A stretch of DNA of 64,000 nt, from NCBI GenBank assembly GCA_963697335.1, contig CAVONQ010000016.1, forward strand, positions 65,965-129,964, written 5' to 3'. The DNA comes from an uncultured cyanobacterium. GTDB taxonomy: Bacteria > Cyanobacteriota > Cyanobacteriia > PCC-6307 > Cyanobiaceae. This document shows, piece by piece, positions 20,442 to 31,510 of this stretch (position 1 is the stretch's first letter; the number at the start of each line of letters is the position of its first letter). The translations under genes were made by a program, and so were the position numbers. The notes beneath the pieces are model-generated. The model did no database searches, had not been told where the DNA came from, and saw only the letters and a list, made by a program, of their open reading frames with translations.

Positions 20442-21863
20442 GTGGCCAAGCCCCTCTCCATCTACGTCTGCAGCGGCTGTGGGGCCCAGTCACGCCAGTT
20501 CTTCGGGCGCTGCAACGCCTGCGGCAGCTGGAACACCCTGGTGGAACAGGTCGGCTCCACCGACAACCGCCGCCTGCGGGCCGCCCCCGCCGCCCCCGGG
20601 GCCGCCTCCCCGGCCCAGCCCCGGCGCTCTAAGTCGATCCAGGCTGCCGGCGATCAGCCGCTGCAGCGCCTGGCCAGTGGCTACGGCGAGCTGGACCGGG
20701 TGCTGGGCGGCGGCCTGGTGCCGGGCTCCCTGGTGCTGCTGGGGGGGGATCCGGGCATCGGCAAGAGCACGCTGCTGTTGCAGAGCGCCCGCTCGATGGC
20801 CGAGCGGGCCTCGGTGCTCTACGTGAGCGCCGAGGAGTCTGCCCAGCAGGTGAAGCTGCGCTGGCGGCGCCTGGCTCCGCCGACGCAGGCTGCCGAGGCC
20901 GATGTGCAGCTGCTGGCCGAGACCGACCTCGAACTGGTGCTGCAGGAGCTGGAAGCCCTCCGCCCCGCCGTGGCGATCATCGACAGCATTCAGGCCCTGC
21001 ACGACGCCCAGCTCACCAGTGCCCCGGGTTCGGTGGCCCAGGTGCGCGAGTGTGCCGCCGCCCTGGCCCGCATCGCCAAGCGCCAGGACACGGCCCTGCT
21101 GCTGGTGGGCCACGTGACCAAGGAGGGCATGCTGGCCGGTCCCAAGGTGCTCGAGCACCTGGTGGATGCGGTGCTCACCTTCGAGGGCGACCGCTTCGCC
21201 AGCCATCGGTTGCTGCGGGCCGTGAAGAACCGCTTCGGGGCCACCCACGAGCTCGGGGTGTTCGAGATGCGGGATCAGGGGCTGGCGGAGGTGAGCAATC
21301 CCAGTGAGCTGTTCCTGGGGGGGGCGGAGCCCAGCAGCGGCAGCGCCACGATCGTGGCCTGTGAGGGCACCAGGCCCCTGCTGGTGGAGCTGCAGGCGCT
21401 GGTGAGCGGCACCAGCTACGCCAGCCCCCGGCGCAGTGCCACCGGCATCGCCGTGAACCGCTTGCACCAGATCCTGGCGGTGCTGGAGAAGCATCTGGGC
21501 CTGCCGCTGTCGCGCTTCGACTGCTACCTGGCCGTGGCCGGAGGCCTGGAGGTGGAGGAGCCCGCCGCGGATCTGGGCGTGGCGGCGGCGGTGGTGGCCA
21601 GCTACCGCGATCTGGTGCTGCCGCCGGGCACGGTGCTGGTGGGCGAGCTGGGGCTCGGAGGGCAGCTGCGGCCCGTGGGCCAGCTGGAGCTGCGGTTGCA
21701 GGAGGCGGAGCGGCTGGGGTTTGCCCGGGCCGTGGTGCCCCGGGGCAGCGGCCTGGGCGGGTCGGGCCGGGTTGCGGGGCTGCAGGTGCTGGAGGCGGGC
21801 ACCGTGGCGGAGGCCCTGGTGGCGGCCCTGGGGGTCTCCCTCGGGGAGGACGAGCCCGGTTGA
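20442..21863 (+). CDS. radA: DNA repair protein RadA/Sms
   Basis: C4 zinc finger, GDPGIGKST, KNRFG. Confidence 0.95.
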   Translation: MAKPLSIYVCSGCGAQSRQFFGRCNACGSWNTLVEQVGSTDNRRLRAAPAAPGAASPAQPRRSKSIQAAGDQPLQRLASGYGELDRVLGGGLVPGSLVLLGGDPGIGKSTLLLQSARSMAERASVLYVSAEESAQQVKLRWRRLAPPTQAAEADVQLLAETDLELVLQELEALRPAVAIIDSIQALHDAQLTSAPGSVAQVRECAAALARIAKRQDTALLLVGHVTKEGMLAGPKVLEHLVDAVLTFEGDRFASHRLLRAVKNRFGATHELGVFEMRDQGLAEVSNPSELFLGGAEPSSGSATIVACEGTRPLLVELQALVSGTSYASPRRSATGIAVNRLHQILAVLEKHLGLPLSRFDCYLAVAGGLEVEEPAADLGVAAAVVASYRDLVLPPGTVLVGELGLGGQLRPVGQLELRLQEAERLGFARAVVPRGSGLGGSGRVAGLQVLEAGTVAEALVAALGVSLGEDEPG

Positions 21864-21891
21864 GCGCGGGGGGAGGCCGTCGCCGCAAGCC

Positions 21892-22413
21892 TCAGAAGTA
21901 GACGTCCACGCTGCCGCGGCCGCTGGTTTTCAACCAGTTCTGGGCCTCGATGTAGTTGTTCGGGGCCATGCGGATCGCCTTGGCCCAGCATTCGGCGGCC
22001 AGGTCGTAGCAGCGGTCCGACTCATCCGCATCGCCCTTTTCCTCCGCGATCGAGCCCAGATGGTGGTGGATCACCGCCATGTTGTTGAGCACCTGGGGCA
22101 TCTTGCTGTTGAGGTCCAGGGCCTGACCGTAGAAGTCGAGCGCCTTCTGGTGCTCGCCGTTGGAGGCGAACACGAGGGCCATGTTGTAGAGGATGAAGGC
22201 CTTGTCGTTGGGGTCGTCCTCCAGGGTGAGAGCTTCCTCGTAGTTCTCGAGGGCCTCGGCGTACTCCCCATCCGCCTGGGCACTCATGCCATCGCGGTAG
22301 TACGCGAAGGCCTCCTTGGCCCGGCGGTTCGTGGGCAGCACCTTGAGGATCAGGTCGGCCATCACCGTGAAGCTCTTGTCGATGAAGTTGTCGTTGCGTT
22401 GGGAGCGGGGCAC
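21892..22413 (-). CDS. ycf3: Photosystem I assembly protein Ycf3
   Basis: [30 protein letters not shown]. Confidence 0.97.
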   Translation of the reverse strand: MPRSQRNDNFIDKSFTVMADLILKVLPTNRRAKEAFAYYRDGMSAQADGEYAEALENYEEALTLEDDPNDKAFILYNMALVFASNGEHQKALDFYGQALDLNSKMPQVLNNMAVIHHHLGSIAEEKGDADESDRCYDLAAECWAKAIRMAPNNYIEAQNWLKTSGRGSVDVYF

Positions 22414-22506
22414 CGGCGGGTCAGCGAGCTTCGAGTGGCCCCATCCTGGCCGATCTGCCGGCGCCGGATCGGCCTGACCCGAGTGACCGGCCTAGCCTGA
22501 TCCCAC

Positions 22507-24945
22507 TTGCCTGCACCGGGTCTGGCCCCGCCCCTGTCTCCACAGCCGCTCGAGCCCCTGTTGCTGGAGATCGAAGGCATGAAGTGCGGCGGCTGCGTGC
22601 GGGCTGTGGAGCGGCGCCTGCTGGCCCAGCCCGCCGTGCGTCACGCCAGCGTGAGTCTGCTCACCCGCACGGCCTGGGTCGATCTCGAGCCCAGCCCGGC
22701 CAGCCCCAGCGGTCCCCAGGCCACCCTCTCCGGGCTGCAGGAGGCCCTGGCGGGCCTGGGTTTCGGGGTCCGGCTGAGGGAGGGTTCCGCCCAGGAGCTG
22801 TCGCTTGCGACGCGCCAGCAGCAGAGCTGGTGGAGCCGCTGGCGGCAGCTGCTGGCCGCCCTGGGGCTGCTGCTGTTGTCGGCGCTCGGCCATCTGGCTC
22901 CCCAGCCCGGTTCCTTCTGGCCCCATGCGGTGGTGGCCAGCTTCGCCCTGGCCGGTCCTGGCCGGGGCATCCTCATCGCCGGTGTCCGCGCCGCCCTCGC
23001 CAGGGTGCCCTCGATGGACACCCTGGTGGGCCTCGGGGTGGTCAGTGCCTACCTGGCCAGCCTGGTGGGTCTGCTCTGGCCGGCCAGTGGTCTGCCCTGC
23101 TTCTTCAACGAGCCCGTGATGCTGCTGGGCTTCGTGCTGCTCGGCCGCTTTCTGGAGGAGCGGGCGCGCTACCGCACCGGTGAGGCCCTGCAGCAGCTGG
23201 CGGCGCTTCAGCCCGATACGGCCCTGCTGGCCATGGACGACGGTCCGGCGCGGCAGGTCCGCGTCGGCGCTCTGCGCCCCGGCGACCGCATCCGCCTGCT
23301 GCCGGGGGATCGGCTGCCCGTCGACGCCAGGGTGCTCGAGGGCGAGTCGTCCCTGGATGTGTCCGGGCTCACGGGTGAGCCCCTGCCCCAGCCAGTGCAG
23401 CCGGGCGCCGAGCTGGGGGCCGGTTGCCTGAACCTGCTGGGCCCGCTGCTGCTGGAGGTGCGCCGCCCGGGATCGGAGAGCGCCGTGGCCCGGATCGTTC
23501 AGCTGGTGGAGCGGGCCATGGCCCGCAAGGCCCCGATCCAGGGGCTGGCCGACCGGGTGGCGGGCCGGTTCACCCTGGTGGTGCTGGCCCTGGCCCTGGC
23601 CACGTTTCTGTTCTGGTGGCAGTGGGGCACCCACCTGTGGCCCGAAGTGCTGCAGCCCGCCGGCGCCCAGGGAGCGGCCCATGCTGTGCATGGTTCCCAC
23701 GGCCTGCTGGGCGCGGGAGCCAGCACCCCCCTGTCGCTCGCCCTGGAGCTCGCCATCGCCGTGCTGGTGGTGGCCTGTCCCTGTGCTCTGGGGCTGGCGA
23801 CCCCCACGGCCATCGCCGTGGGCACGGGTGTGGCCGCCCGGCAGGGGCTGCTGTTCCGCGGCGGCGACGCGATCGAAACCGCCTCGCGGCTGCGCACGAT
23901 CCTGTTCGACAAGACCGGCACCCTCACCAGCGGACGGCCCTTGGTGCGGGCGGTGGTGGCGCTGGCTGCGGCGCCCCCTGCTGCCGGTCTCCCGGCCGGG
24001 CCCGCTGCGCCACTGGCCACGGCAGAGCAGCTGCTGCAGTGGGCGGCCAGTCTTGAGGCCAGCACCCGCCACCCCCTGGCGTTTGCGCTGCAACAGCAGG
24101 CCGAGGCGCGCGGGGTGCCCCTGCTGCCGCTGCAGAGCGCCCACACCAGGGCCGGCGCCGGCGTGGAGGGGGTGATCGCGGGCGTCAGCTTCCGGCTCGG
24201 ACGGCTCGACTGGGTGGTGCCAGGGGCGAGTGAAGCCAGCCTGGCTGAGGCCAGTCAGCGCCGCGATCAGCTCGAGCGGCAGGGAGCCACCGTGCTGGCC
24301 CTGGCCAGTGGCCAGAGCCTGCTGGGATTGATCGCCGTTGACGATCCCTGCCGGCCGGAGGCCGCCTGGGTGCTGGCGCGCCTGCGGCAGCGCGGTCTGC
24401 GCCTGGGCCTGTTGAGTGGGGATCGGGCCGAACCGGTGCGACGCCTCGGCGCCAGCCTCGGCCTGGCCCCCCAGGAGCTGGCCTGGCAGCAGACCCCTGA
24501 ACAGAAACTGGCCGCGATCGAGGCCCTCCAGGTTGACGCCGGCCCGGTGGCGATGGTGGGTGATGGCATCAACGATGCCCCGGCCCTGGCCGCCGCCGAC
24601 CTGGGGGTAGCCGTCGGTACAGGCACCGGCGTGGCCCAGGACACGGCAGCTCTGGTGGTGCTTGGGGAGCGTCTCGATGGCATTCCCCAGGCCCTGGAGC
24701 TGGCCGACCGCACCATGGCCAAGGTGCGCCAGAACCTCTTCTGGGCCTTCGGCTACAACCTGATCATGCTGCCGATCGCTGCCGGCGTGCTGCTGCCGAG
24801 CCGGGGGCTGCTGCTGAGCCCTCCCCTGGCGGCCCTGCTGATGGCCCTGAGCTCGATCACGGTGGTGCTGAATGCCCTGGGGCTCAATGCCCTCCCACCC
24901 CAGGCCTGCGCTGCCGCTGATCCCCTCGCCCCCTCCAGCCCATGA
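22507..24945 (+). CDS. Cu-transporting P1B-type ATPase (CtaA-like)
   Basis: GMKCGGC HMA domain, CPC, DKTGT, GDGINDAPALA, YN..P. Confidence 0.92.
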   Translation: MPAPGLAPPLSPQPLEPLLLEIEGMKCGGCVRAVERRLLAQPAVRHASVSLLTRTAWVDLEPSPASPSGPQATLSGLQEALAGLGFGVRLREGSAQELSLATRQQQSWWSRWRQLLAALGLLLLSALGHLAPQPGSFWPHAVVASFALAGPGRGILIAGVRAALARVPSMDTLVGLGVVSAYLASLVGLLWPASGLPCFFNEPVMLLGFVLLGRFLEERARYRTGEALQQLAALQPDTALLAMDDGPARQVRVGALRPGDRIRLLPGDRLPVDARVLEGESSLDVSGLTGEPLPQPVQPGAELGAGCLNLLGPLLLEVRRPGSESAVARIVQLVERAMARKAPIQGLADRVAGRFTLVVLALALATFLFWWQWGTHLWPEVLQPAGAQGAAHAVHGSHGLLGAGASTPLSLALELAIAVLVVACPCALGLATPTAIAVGTGVAARQGLLFRGGDAIETASRLRTILFDKTGTLTSGRPLVRAVVALAAAPPAAGLPAGPAAPLATAEQLLQWAASLEASTRHPLAFALQQQAEARGVPLLPLQSAHTRAGAGVEGVIAGVSFRLGRLDWVVPGASEASLAEASQRRDQLERQGATVLALASGQSLLGLIAVDDPCRPEAAWVLARLRQRGLRLGLLSGDRAEPVRRLGASLGLAPQELAWQQTPEQKLAAIEALQVDAGPVAMVGDGINDAPALAAADLGVAVGTGTGVAQDTAALVVLGERLDGIPQALELADRTMAKVRQNLFWAFGYNLIMLPIAAGVLLPSRGLLLSPPLAALLMALSSITVVLNALGLNALPPQACAAADPLAPSSP

Positions 24946-25589
24946 GCGGCCCCGGCCGCTTCGTGGTGCTGGAGGGCATCGATGGCTGCGGCAAGAGCAC
25001 CCAGCTGCAGGCCCTGGCGGGCTGGCTGCGGGGGGAGGGGCGCGGTTGCCTGCCCGAGGGCCGCAGCCTGCAGGTCACCCGCGAACCTGGCGGCACGCCG
25101 CTGGGCCAGGCCCTGCGCCAGCTGCTGCTGCATCCCCCCGGAGAGGCGGCTCCGGTGAGCAAGGCGGAGCTGCTGCTCTACGCGGCTGATCGGGCCCAGC
25201 ACGTGGAGCAGACGATCAGGCCGGCCCTGGCCGCCGGCGACTGGGTGCTCAGTGATCGCTTCAGTGCCTCCACGGCCGCCTACCAGGGCCATGGCCGCGG
25301 CCTGGACCTGGCCCTGATCACCGCCCTGGAGCAGGTGGCCACCGGCGGACTGCGGCCCGATCTGACCCTCTGGCTCGACCTGCCCCTGGCGGAGTCGCTG
25401 CGGCGCCGCGGGCCTCGGCCCGCCGATCGGATCGAGGCGGAGGGTCCCCTGTTCCTGGAGCGGGTGGCGCGGGGCTTTGCCGAGCAGGCCCGCCAACCGG
25501 GCTGGTGTCGCATCGATGCCGCGGCTCCGCCCCAGGGGGTCACCGAGGCCTGCTGCCAGGCCCTGCGGGAGCTTGCGGCCTCGCCATGA
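24942..25589 (+). CDS. tmk: Thymidylate kinase
   Basis: EGIDGCGKST, TREPGG, DRF..S..AYQG. Confidence 0.95.
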   Translation: MSGPGRFVVLEGIDGCGKSTQLQALAGWLRGEGRGCLPEGRSLQVTREPGGTPLGQALRQLLLHPPGEAAPVSKAELLLYAADRAQHVEQTIRPALAAGDWVLSDRFSASTAAYQGHGRGLDLALITALEQVATGGLRPDLTLWLDLPLAESLRRRGPRPADRIEAEGPLFLERVARGFAEQARQPGWCRIDAAAPPQGVTEACCQALRELAASP

Positions 25590-26548
25590 CCACCACCAAG
25601 ACCAGCCTGTTTGCCGATGTGCACGGCCAGGAGCGGGCGGTGGCCCTGCTGGAGGCCGCCCTGGGCCGTGGCCATCTGGCGCCGGCCTACCTGTTCAGCG
25701 GGCCCGAAGGGGTGGGCAGGGGTCTGGTGGCGCGGCGCTTTCTGGAGGGCATGATCGCCGGGCCCGAAGGGTCCACGGGCGTGCGCCGCCGCCTCGAGGC
25801 CGGCAATCACCCCGACCTGCTCTGGGTGGAGCCCACCTACCTGGACAAGGGCCAGCTGGTGCCGGCGTCCCAGGCCCTGGAGCGGGGGGTGAGCCGCCGC
25901 AATCCGCCCCAGCTGCGCCTGGAGCAGATCAGGGACCTCTCCCGCTTTCTGGCCCGCTCTCCCGTGGAGGCGCCGGGCTGCATGGTGGTGCTCAGCTGTG
26001 CCGAGGCGATGGCCGAGGCCGCGGCCAACGCCCTGCTCAAGACCCTGGAGGAACCGGGCCGGGGCCGGCTGGTGCTGCTCAGCGCCGCGCCGGAGCAGCT
26101 GCTCAGCACGATCCGCTCGCGCTGCCAGCAGATCCGCTTCGCCCGCCTGGATGCAGCGGGCCTGGCCAGGGTGCTGGCGGCAGAACCCGAGCCCCCAGCA
26201 CCCGACTCGGCGGAACTGCTGGAGCTGGCGGCCGGATCGCCGGGGGCCCTGCTGGCCCACCGGCTGCAGTGGCAGGCCCTGCCGGCGGGGCTGACGGAAC
26301 GCCTGGCGGCCCTGCCCCACAACACCGATCCCCTCGAAGCCCTGGGGCTGGCCAGGGATCTGAGCGAGGCCCTCGATGCTGACCAGCAACTCTGGCTGTT
26401 GCAGTGGTGGCAGCTGCTGTTGTGGCGCCAGCAGCATCAGTCCGGGCCTGTGCAGCGCCTGGAACAGCTGAGACGGCAGCTGGTGGGCCATGTGCAGCCC
26501 CGCCTGGCCTGGGAAGTGGCCCTGCTCGAGCTCGCGGCTTCGAGCTGA
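25586..26548 (+). CDS. holB: DNA polymerase III delta' subunit
   Basis: AYLFSGPEGVG, HPDL, AANALLKTLEEP, TIRSRCQ; follows tmk. Confidence 0.93.
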   Translation: MTTTKTSLFADVHGQERAVALLEAALGRGHLAPAYLFSGPEGVGRGLVARRFLEGMIAGPEGSTGVRRRLEAGNHPDLLWVEPTYLDKGQLVPASQALERGVSRRNPPQLRLEQIRDLSRFLARSPVEAPGCMVVLSCAEAMAEAAANALLKTLEEPGRGRLVLLSAAPEQLLSTIRSRCQQIRFARLDAAGLARVLAAEPEPPAPDSAELLELAAGSPGALLAHRLQWQALPAGLTERLAALPHNTDPLEALGLARDLSEALDADQQLWLLQWWQLLLWRQQHQSGPVQRLEQLRRQLVGHVQPRLAWEVALLELAASS

Positions 26549-26565
26549 GGGCCTGGCCTGGGGCC

Positions 26566-27333
<768 letters not shown>

Positions 27334-27775
27334 GGCTGATGAAGGGCGAAGCAGGGGGGGACGGGCTCGATCCTCGCCTTCGGCCCTGGGCCTGGCGGCT
27401 CAGAACAGGTCGGCGGCGGCTTCATTGTCCCCGCTGGACTCGCGGATGGGGCGATCAGCACCTGGCGGCCCAGCCCTGCCCGCAGGGGGCATCTGGGGAG
27501 TTTCCAGTGCAGGGCTGCGTTCTGTGCCGCTGCTGGCCCCAGTCTGAGCTGGATTCTTCAGAATTTCTTCGGAAAACTTCGTTGTAGCCCCACGAGTTTT
27601 CTGGCATGCATGGCGAAATCCTGTTCCCGACAGCAGCTCAGCGCTCGCAGCTCAGCCCTCAGCATCGTTCGGGCGGTCCGGGGCTGGAGCCCCCTGCCAC
27701 GCCAAAGCCAGCGCTGATGCCCTCCAGCAGGCTCAAACGCTCTGGGCTGCAGTCACCCCAGCTGACTCACTCAAG

Positions 27776-27847
27776 CTCCCCGGGCGGGATTCGAACCTGC
27801 GACCAATCGGTTAACAGCCGACCGCTCTACCACTGAGCTACCGAGGA
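27776..27847 (-). tRNA. trnN: tRNA-Asn(GTT), CCA not encoded
   Basis: TCCTCGGTAGCTCAGTGGTAGAGCGGTCGGCTGTTAACCGATTGGTCGCAGGTTCGAATCCCGCCCGGGGAG; cloverleaf with GTT anticodon. Confidence 0.97.
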
Positions 27848-27891
27848 AGGCGAACCACCAGGGTTCGGCCGGCGTCACCGGCCCAGAGACC

Positions 27892-28590
27892 TTACCCCTC
27901 GGGCTTGCCGCCCTGCAAGGGGCTGCCCAGCCGCTGCGCCAGCTCGCTGCCTGCCTGCCAGGGACCTGCGTGGCCGTCCTCCATCACGGCGGCGCCATCG
28001 CAGTGGCGCAGTTCCTCGAGCCGATGGGTGATCCACAGGGCCGTGAGGCCGCCCCCGGCGTCTGCGGTGAGTCTGCGGATCAGGCCCAGCACCTCCTGCT
28101 GGCTGTCGGGATCGAGCAGGGCGGTGGGCTCGTCGAGCAGCAGCAGGTTGGCGCCGCTGGCCAGGGCCGCGGCGATCGCCAGACGCTGTTTCTGGCCGCC
28201 ACTGAGGGTGTGGATGGGGCGGGCCGCCAGGCCCGGGAGCCCCACGGCTCCCAGCACCTCCTGGAGCCTGGCTTCCCGCTCAGGGCGCTGCAGGGCCGGA
28301 TCGATCGACAGCAGCAACTCACTGCCACAGCTGGGGAGCAGCAGCTGGTGGTCGGGGTTCTGGAACACCAGGGCGGGGCGCGCCAGGCTGGTGATCGCCC
28401 CAGAGCGCGGCTGCAGCAGGCCGGCGATCAAGCGCAGCAGCGTGCTCTTGCCACTGCCGTTGCTGCCCACCAGCATCCACAGGCCAGGCCGGGGAATCTG
28501 CAGGGCGCAGTGCCGCAGCGCGGCCTGGCCATTGGGCCAGGAGAAACTGAGGCGCTCCACCGTGAGCGGCGGTGCCTGGGCTGGGGGCAT
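27892..28590 (-). CDS. ECF/CbiO-type ABC ATP-binding protein
   Basis: GSNGSGKST, VFQNPDHQ, LSGGQKQR, LLLDEPT. Confidence 0.9.
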   Translation of the reverse strand: MPPAQAPPLTVERLSFSWPNGQAALRHCALQIPRPGLWMLVGSNGSGKSTLLRLIAGLLQPRSGAITSLARPALVFQNPDHQLLLPSCGSELLLSIDPALQRPEREARLQEVLGAVGLPGLAARPIHTLSGGQKQRLAIAAALASGANLLLLDEPTALLDPDSQQEVLGLIRRLTADAGGGLTALWITHRLEELRHCDGAAVMEDGHAGPWQAGSELAQRLGSPLQGGKPEG

Positions 28591-28600
28591 GGCGCTTGGC

Positions 28601-28864
28601 TCAGCCCTCGAAGCTGAAACCTGGGCGCTTGCCGCTGCTGGCGCTGGCCGACTTCTCATAGACCTGAACCGCCACCACTTCGCTGGTCAGCAGGCTCACC
28701 TTCTTGTCGGGTTCCTTCTCGCAGGTGAGCTCCAGAATCCGGGGGCCGTGGCCTTCAAGGCTCTGGCGCACGGTGTCATAGAGGCTCTGGGCATCGGCGA
28801 GTTCCTTGCGCTGCACCGCAACGGGCATGGGGCTGAGCTTGATGGAGAGCTCGACGACGTACAT
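28601..28864 (-). CDS. Conserved cyanobacterial hypothetical protein (UPF0367-like)
   Basis: [33 protein letters not shown]. Confidence 0.8.
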   Translation of the reverse strand: MYVVELSIKLSPMPVAVQRKELADAQSLYDTVRQSLEGHGPRILELTCEKEPDKKVSLLTSEVVAVQVYEKSASASSGKRPGFSFEG

Positions 28865-29039
28865 GGCTGGTGGGGGACTGGCGCCCACTCTGGCCTGTGG
28901 CGGCGGGGTCCGCGGCAGAAGCCTGCGGCTGATGGGCTGGCAGCTGAGTGCTTCTACCCAAATCGTGCCCCTAGAAGGCGCAGTTCGGGTCTCCGCCCCC
29001 TTACGATTCGGGTGTAACGCTTCGTTAAGTCCGCTTCTC

Positions 29040-30095
29040 ATGACGATCGCTGCAGGACGCTTGCCGCAGCGGGGATGGTTCGACGTCCTCGATGACTGGC
29101 TCAAGCGCGACCGCTTTGTCTTTGTGGGGTGGTCTGGTCTGCTCCTGTTCCCCACGGCCTACCTGGCCCTGGGCGGCTGGCTGACCGGCACCACCTTCGC
29201 CACCTCCTGGTACACCCACGGGATTGCCAGTTCCTACCTCGAGGGCTGCAACTTCCTCACCGCCGCCGTCAGCACCCCCGCTGACGCCATGGGCCACAGC
29301 CTGTTGCTGCTCTGGGGCCCCGAGGCCCAGGGTGACTTCGTGCGCTGGGTGCAGCTCGGCGGCCTCTGGCCCTTCGTGGCCCTGCACGGTGCCTTCTCCC
29401 TGATCGGCTTCATGCTGCGTCAGTTCGAGATCGCCCGGCTGGTGGGCATCCGCCCCTACAACGCCATCGCCTTCTCGGGCCCGATCGCGGTGTTCGTCAG
29501 TGTCTTCCTGATGTACCCCCTGGGTCAGAGCAGCTGGTTCTTTGCGCCCAGCTTCGGCGTGGCCGCCATCTTCCGCTTCCTGCTGTTCCTGCAGGGCTTC
29601 CACAACTGGACCCTCAACCCCTTCCACATGATGGGTGTGGCGGGCATCCTGGGCGGTGCCCTGCTGTGCGCCATCCACGGCGCCACGGTGGAGAACACCC
29701 TGTTTGAGGACGGGGAGCAGTCGAACACCTTCAAGGCGTTCGAGCCCACCCAGGAAGAGGAGACCTACTCGATGGTGACGGCCAACCGCTTCTGGAGCCA
29801 GATCTTCGGGATCGCCTTCTCCAACAAGCGCTGGCTGCACTTCTTCATGCTGTTCGTGCCGGTGATGGGTCTGTGGACCAGCAGCATCGGCATCATCGGC
29901 CTGGCGCTGAACCTGCGGGCCTACGACTTCGTGTCACAGGAGATCCGCGCCGCTGAGGACCCCGAGTTCGAGACCTTCTACACGAAGAACATTCTTCTGA
30001 ATGAAGGCATCCGCGCCTGGATGGCGCCGGCTGACCAGCCGCATGAAAACTTCGTCTTCCCTGAAGAAGTCCTGCCCCGCGGCAACGCTCTCTGA
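29040..30095 (+). CDS. psbD: Photosystem II D2 protein (monocistronic copy)
   Basis: [33 protein letters not shown]; followed by a terminator, not psbC. Confidence 0.98.
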   Translation: MTIAAGRLPQRGWFDVLDDWLKRDRFVFVGWSGLLLFPTAYLALGGWLTGTTFATSWYTHGIASSYLEGCNFLTAAVSTPADAMGHSLLLLWGPEAQGDFVRWVQLGGLWPFVALHGAFSLIGFMLRQFEIARLVGIRPYNAIAFSGPIAVFVSVFLMYPLGQSSWFFAPSFGVAAIFRFLLFLQGFHNWTLNPFHMMGVAGILGGALLCAIHGATVENTLFEDGEQSNTFKAFEPTQEEETYSMVTANRFWSQIFGIAFSNKRWLHFFMLFVPVMGLWTSSIGIIGLALNLRAYDFVSQEIRAAEDPEFETFYTKNILLNEGIRAWMAPADQPHENFVFPEEVLPRGNAL

Positions 30096-30121
30096 TCTGG
30101 CCCGGCATTGGCCGCCCCAGC

Positions 30122-30146
30122 AGCGCCCCTTCGGGGGCGCTTTTTT
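30122..30146 (+). terminator. Intrinsic terminator of psbD
   Basis: AGCGCCCC-TTCG-GGGGCGCT followed by T run. Confidence 0.9.
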
Positions 30147-30157
30147 GTGGGCAGGCG

Positions 30158-31135
30158 TTACCGGCCAGGATCGGGATTGTCAGCGCGGTTTCCCAGGGAG
30201 CGGCGAAAGCTCCGCTCGGCGGCCTGCTGGTTCTGGTTGGCTTCACGCAGAAACGGGGCCAGGGCAGCCAGGCTCAGCAACCAGTGGTTGAACAGGTTCA
30301 CGGGCCAGCGCAACGGCCGGGCGAAGTCCACGAACAGCACCACCCGGTAGCCCTCGGTGTCATTCCACACCTGGTGGTTGTAGGTGTCGTCAAACACCAG
30401 GCAGCGGCCCTCCTCCCAGACGTGCAGCTGGTCGGCGATGCGGATCCGGCAGTGGTCCCTGGGCTCGGGCACGATCAGGGCCAGATGCAGCCGCAGCACT
30501 CCGGCCCAGGCACCGCGGTGGGGAGGGATGTGTTTGTGGGGCGAGAGGATCGAAAAGAAGGCGGTGCTGCAGTGGGGAATCTGCTCCAGCAGCGCCATGG
30601 TCTGGGGGCAGCGACGGGCGTTGTCGCGGCAATCCATGCCCACGCCCTTGAGAAAGAAGGTCTTCCACTGGTCGTCTTTCTGGATCTTGCCCACCTGGGG
30701 GAGGATCTGCTGGAAGTTGGGCATCGCCGCACGGTGGGGCATCACCTGCTCCAGTTCCTGGCGCACGCCCAGCCACTGCCGCTCCACCGTGTCGATCCAG
30801 GCGAAGCGGCTGGCATCGAACACCGGCACATCGCCGTGGATGGAGGCCCAGCACACCAGGCGTTCGAGGGCGTCGTGCAGGCCGCGCCGCAGCCGCGCTT
30901 TGCGGGAGCGGGCGGGGAACGTCCACTGCCGGCGGCGTCCTGCCTGCGGTGACTGCTGAGGGCTCGTCTGTTGCACCCGATCGTCCTGCTGCCGCTCGTG
31001 CCTGTGCCGGCACCCTATCGGTGGCGGGGCTGAGGCCCCGTCCTCGCTATGGTTTGGCGGTTCTGTCAGCAGTGCCGTGGCCGCCGGTCTTTGGACGGGG
31101 GGCCGAACACGTCGCCGGCTGGCGTCATCCCCCAA
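30158..31135 (-). CDS. Aspartyl/asparaginyl beta-hydroxylase domain protein (start uncertain, likely downstream of 31135)
   Basis: WKTFFL, CPQT..LL, FFSILSP..HIPPHRG, LRLHLAL, WEEG..FDDTYNHQVWN. Confidence 0.85.
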   Translation of the reverse strand: MGDDASRRRVRPPVQRPAATALLTEPPNHSEDGASAPPPIGCRHRHERQQDDRVQQTSPQQSPQAGRRRQWTFPARSRKARLRRGLHDALERLVCWASIHGDVPVFDASRFAWIDTVERQWLGVRQELEQVMPHRAAMPNFQQILPQVGKIQKDDQWKTFFLKGVGMDCRDNARRCPQTMALLEQIPHCSTAFFSILSPHKHIPPHRGAWAGVLRLHLALIVPEPRDHCRIRIADQLHVWEEGRCLVFDDTYNHQVWNDTEGYRVVLFVDFARPLRWPVNLFNHWLLSLAALAPFLREANQNQQAAERSFRRSLGNRADNPDPGR

Positions 31136-31418
31136 AGGAGGAGGTGCCCGTGAGTTCCAGTTGTTACACCAAGGGTCTGCTGATCGCGGAGAACGCCGCC
31201 TGATTACGGCGCCTCAACCCTGATCAAACGGTTCCGCAACCGCGGACCCGGCGAGAGCCCCCACCGTCCAGGTCCGCCTGGGCTGTGGGGGCATCGTTTT
31301 GGCAGCGGTGATCTGGCACCGGTTGGCTGAGGACCGCTTTGATGGCCCCATCCCTGTTGGGGACAGCGTCAGGGAGACCTGTGCCGCCCCGGGACGCAGC
31401 CCTGCATGGTGGGGCCAT

Positions 31419-31434
31419 TGTGACCTCTGGCACA
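31419..31434. promoter_or_regulatory. CRP-like box upstream of porin
   Basis: TGTGA-CCTCTG-GCACA, 9/10 match to TGTGA-N6-TCACA. Confidence 0.4.
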
Positions 31435-31510
31435 GGGGGTGGTGCCAGGAGCCAGAGGAGTGGTCATCATGCTTTTGCGGCGCATTGCGCCCAACTTGTG
31501 TGAGGATCCC

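Noticed and set aside
27334..27891. tRNA-Asn as a possible integration site
   Set aside because: No integrase, no duplicated tRNA 3' end, and core genes on both sides.
28806..29039. N-terminal extension of the psbD ORF
   Set aside because: D2 begins at ATG 29040 (MTIAAG); the upstream frame is promoter or antisense sequence.
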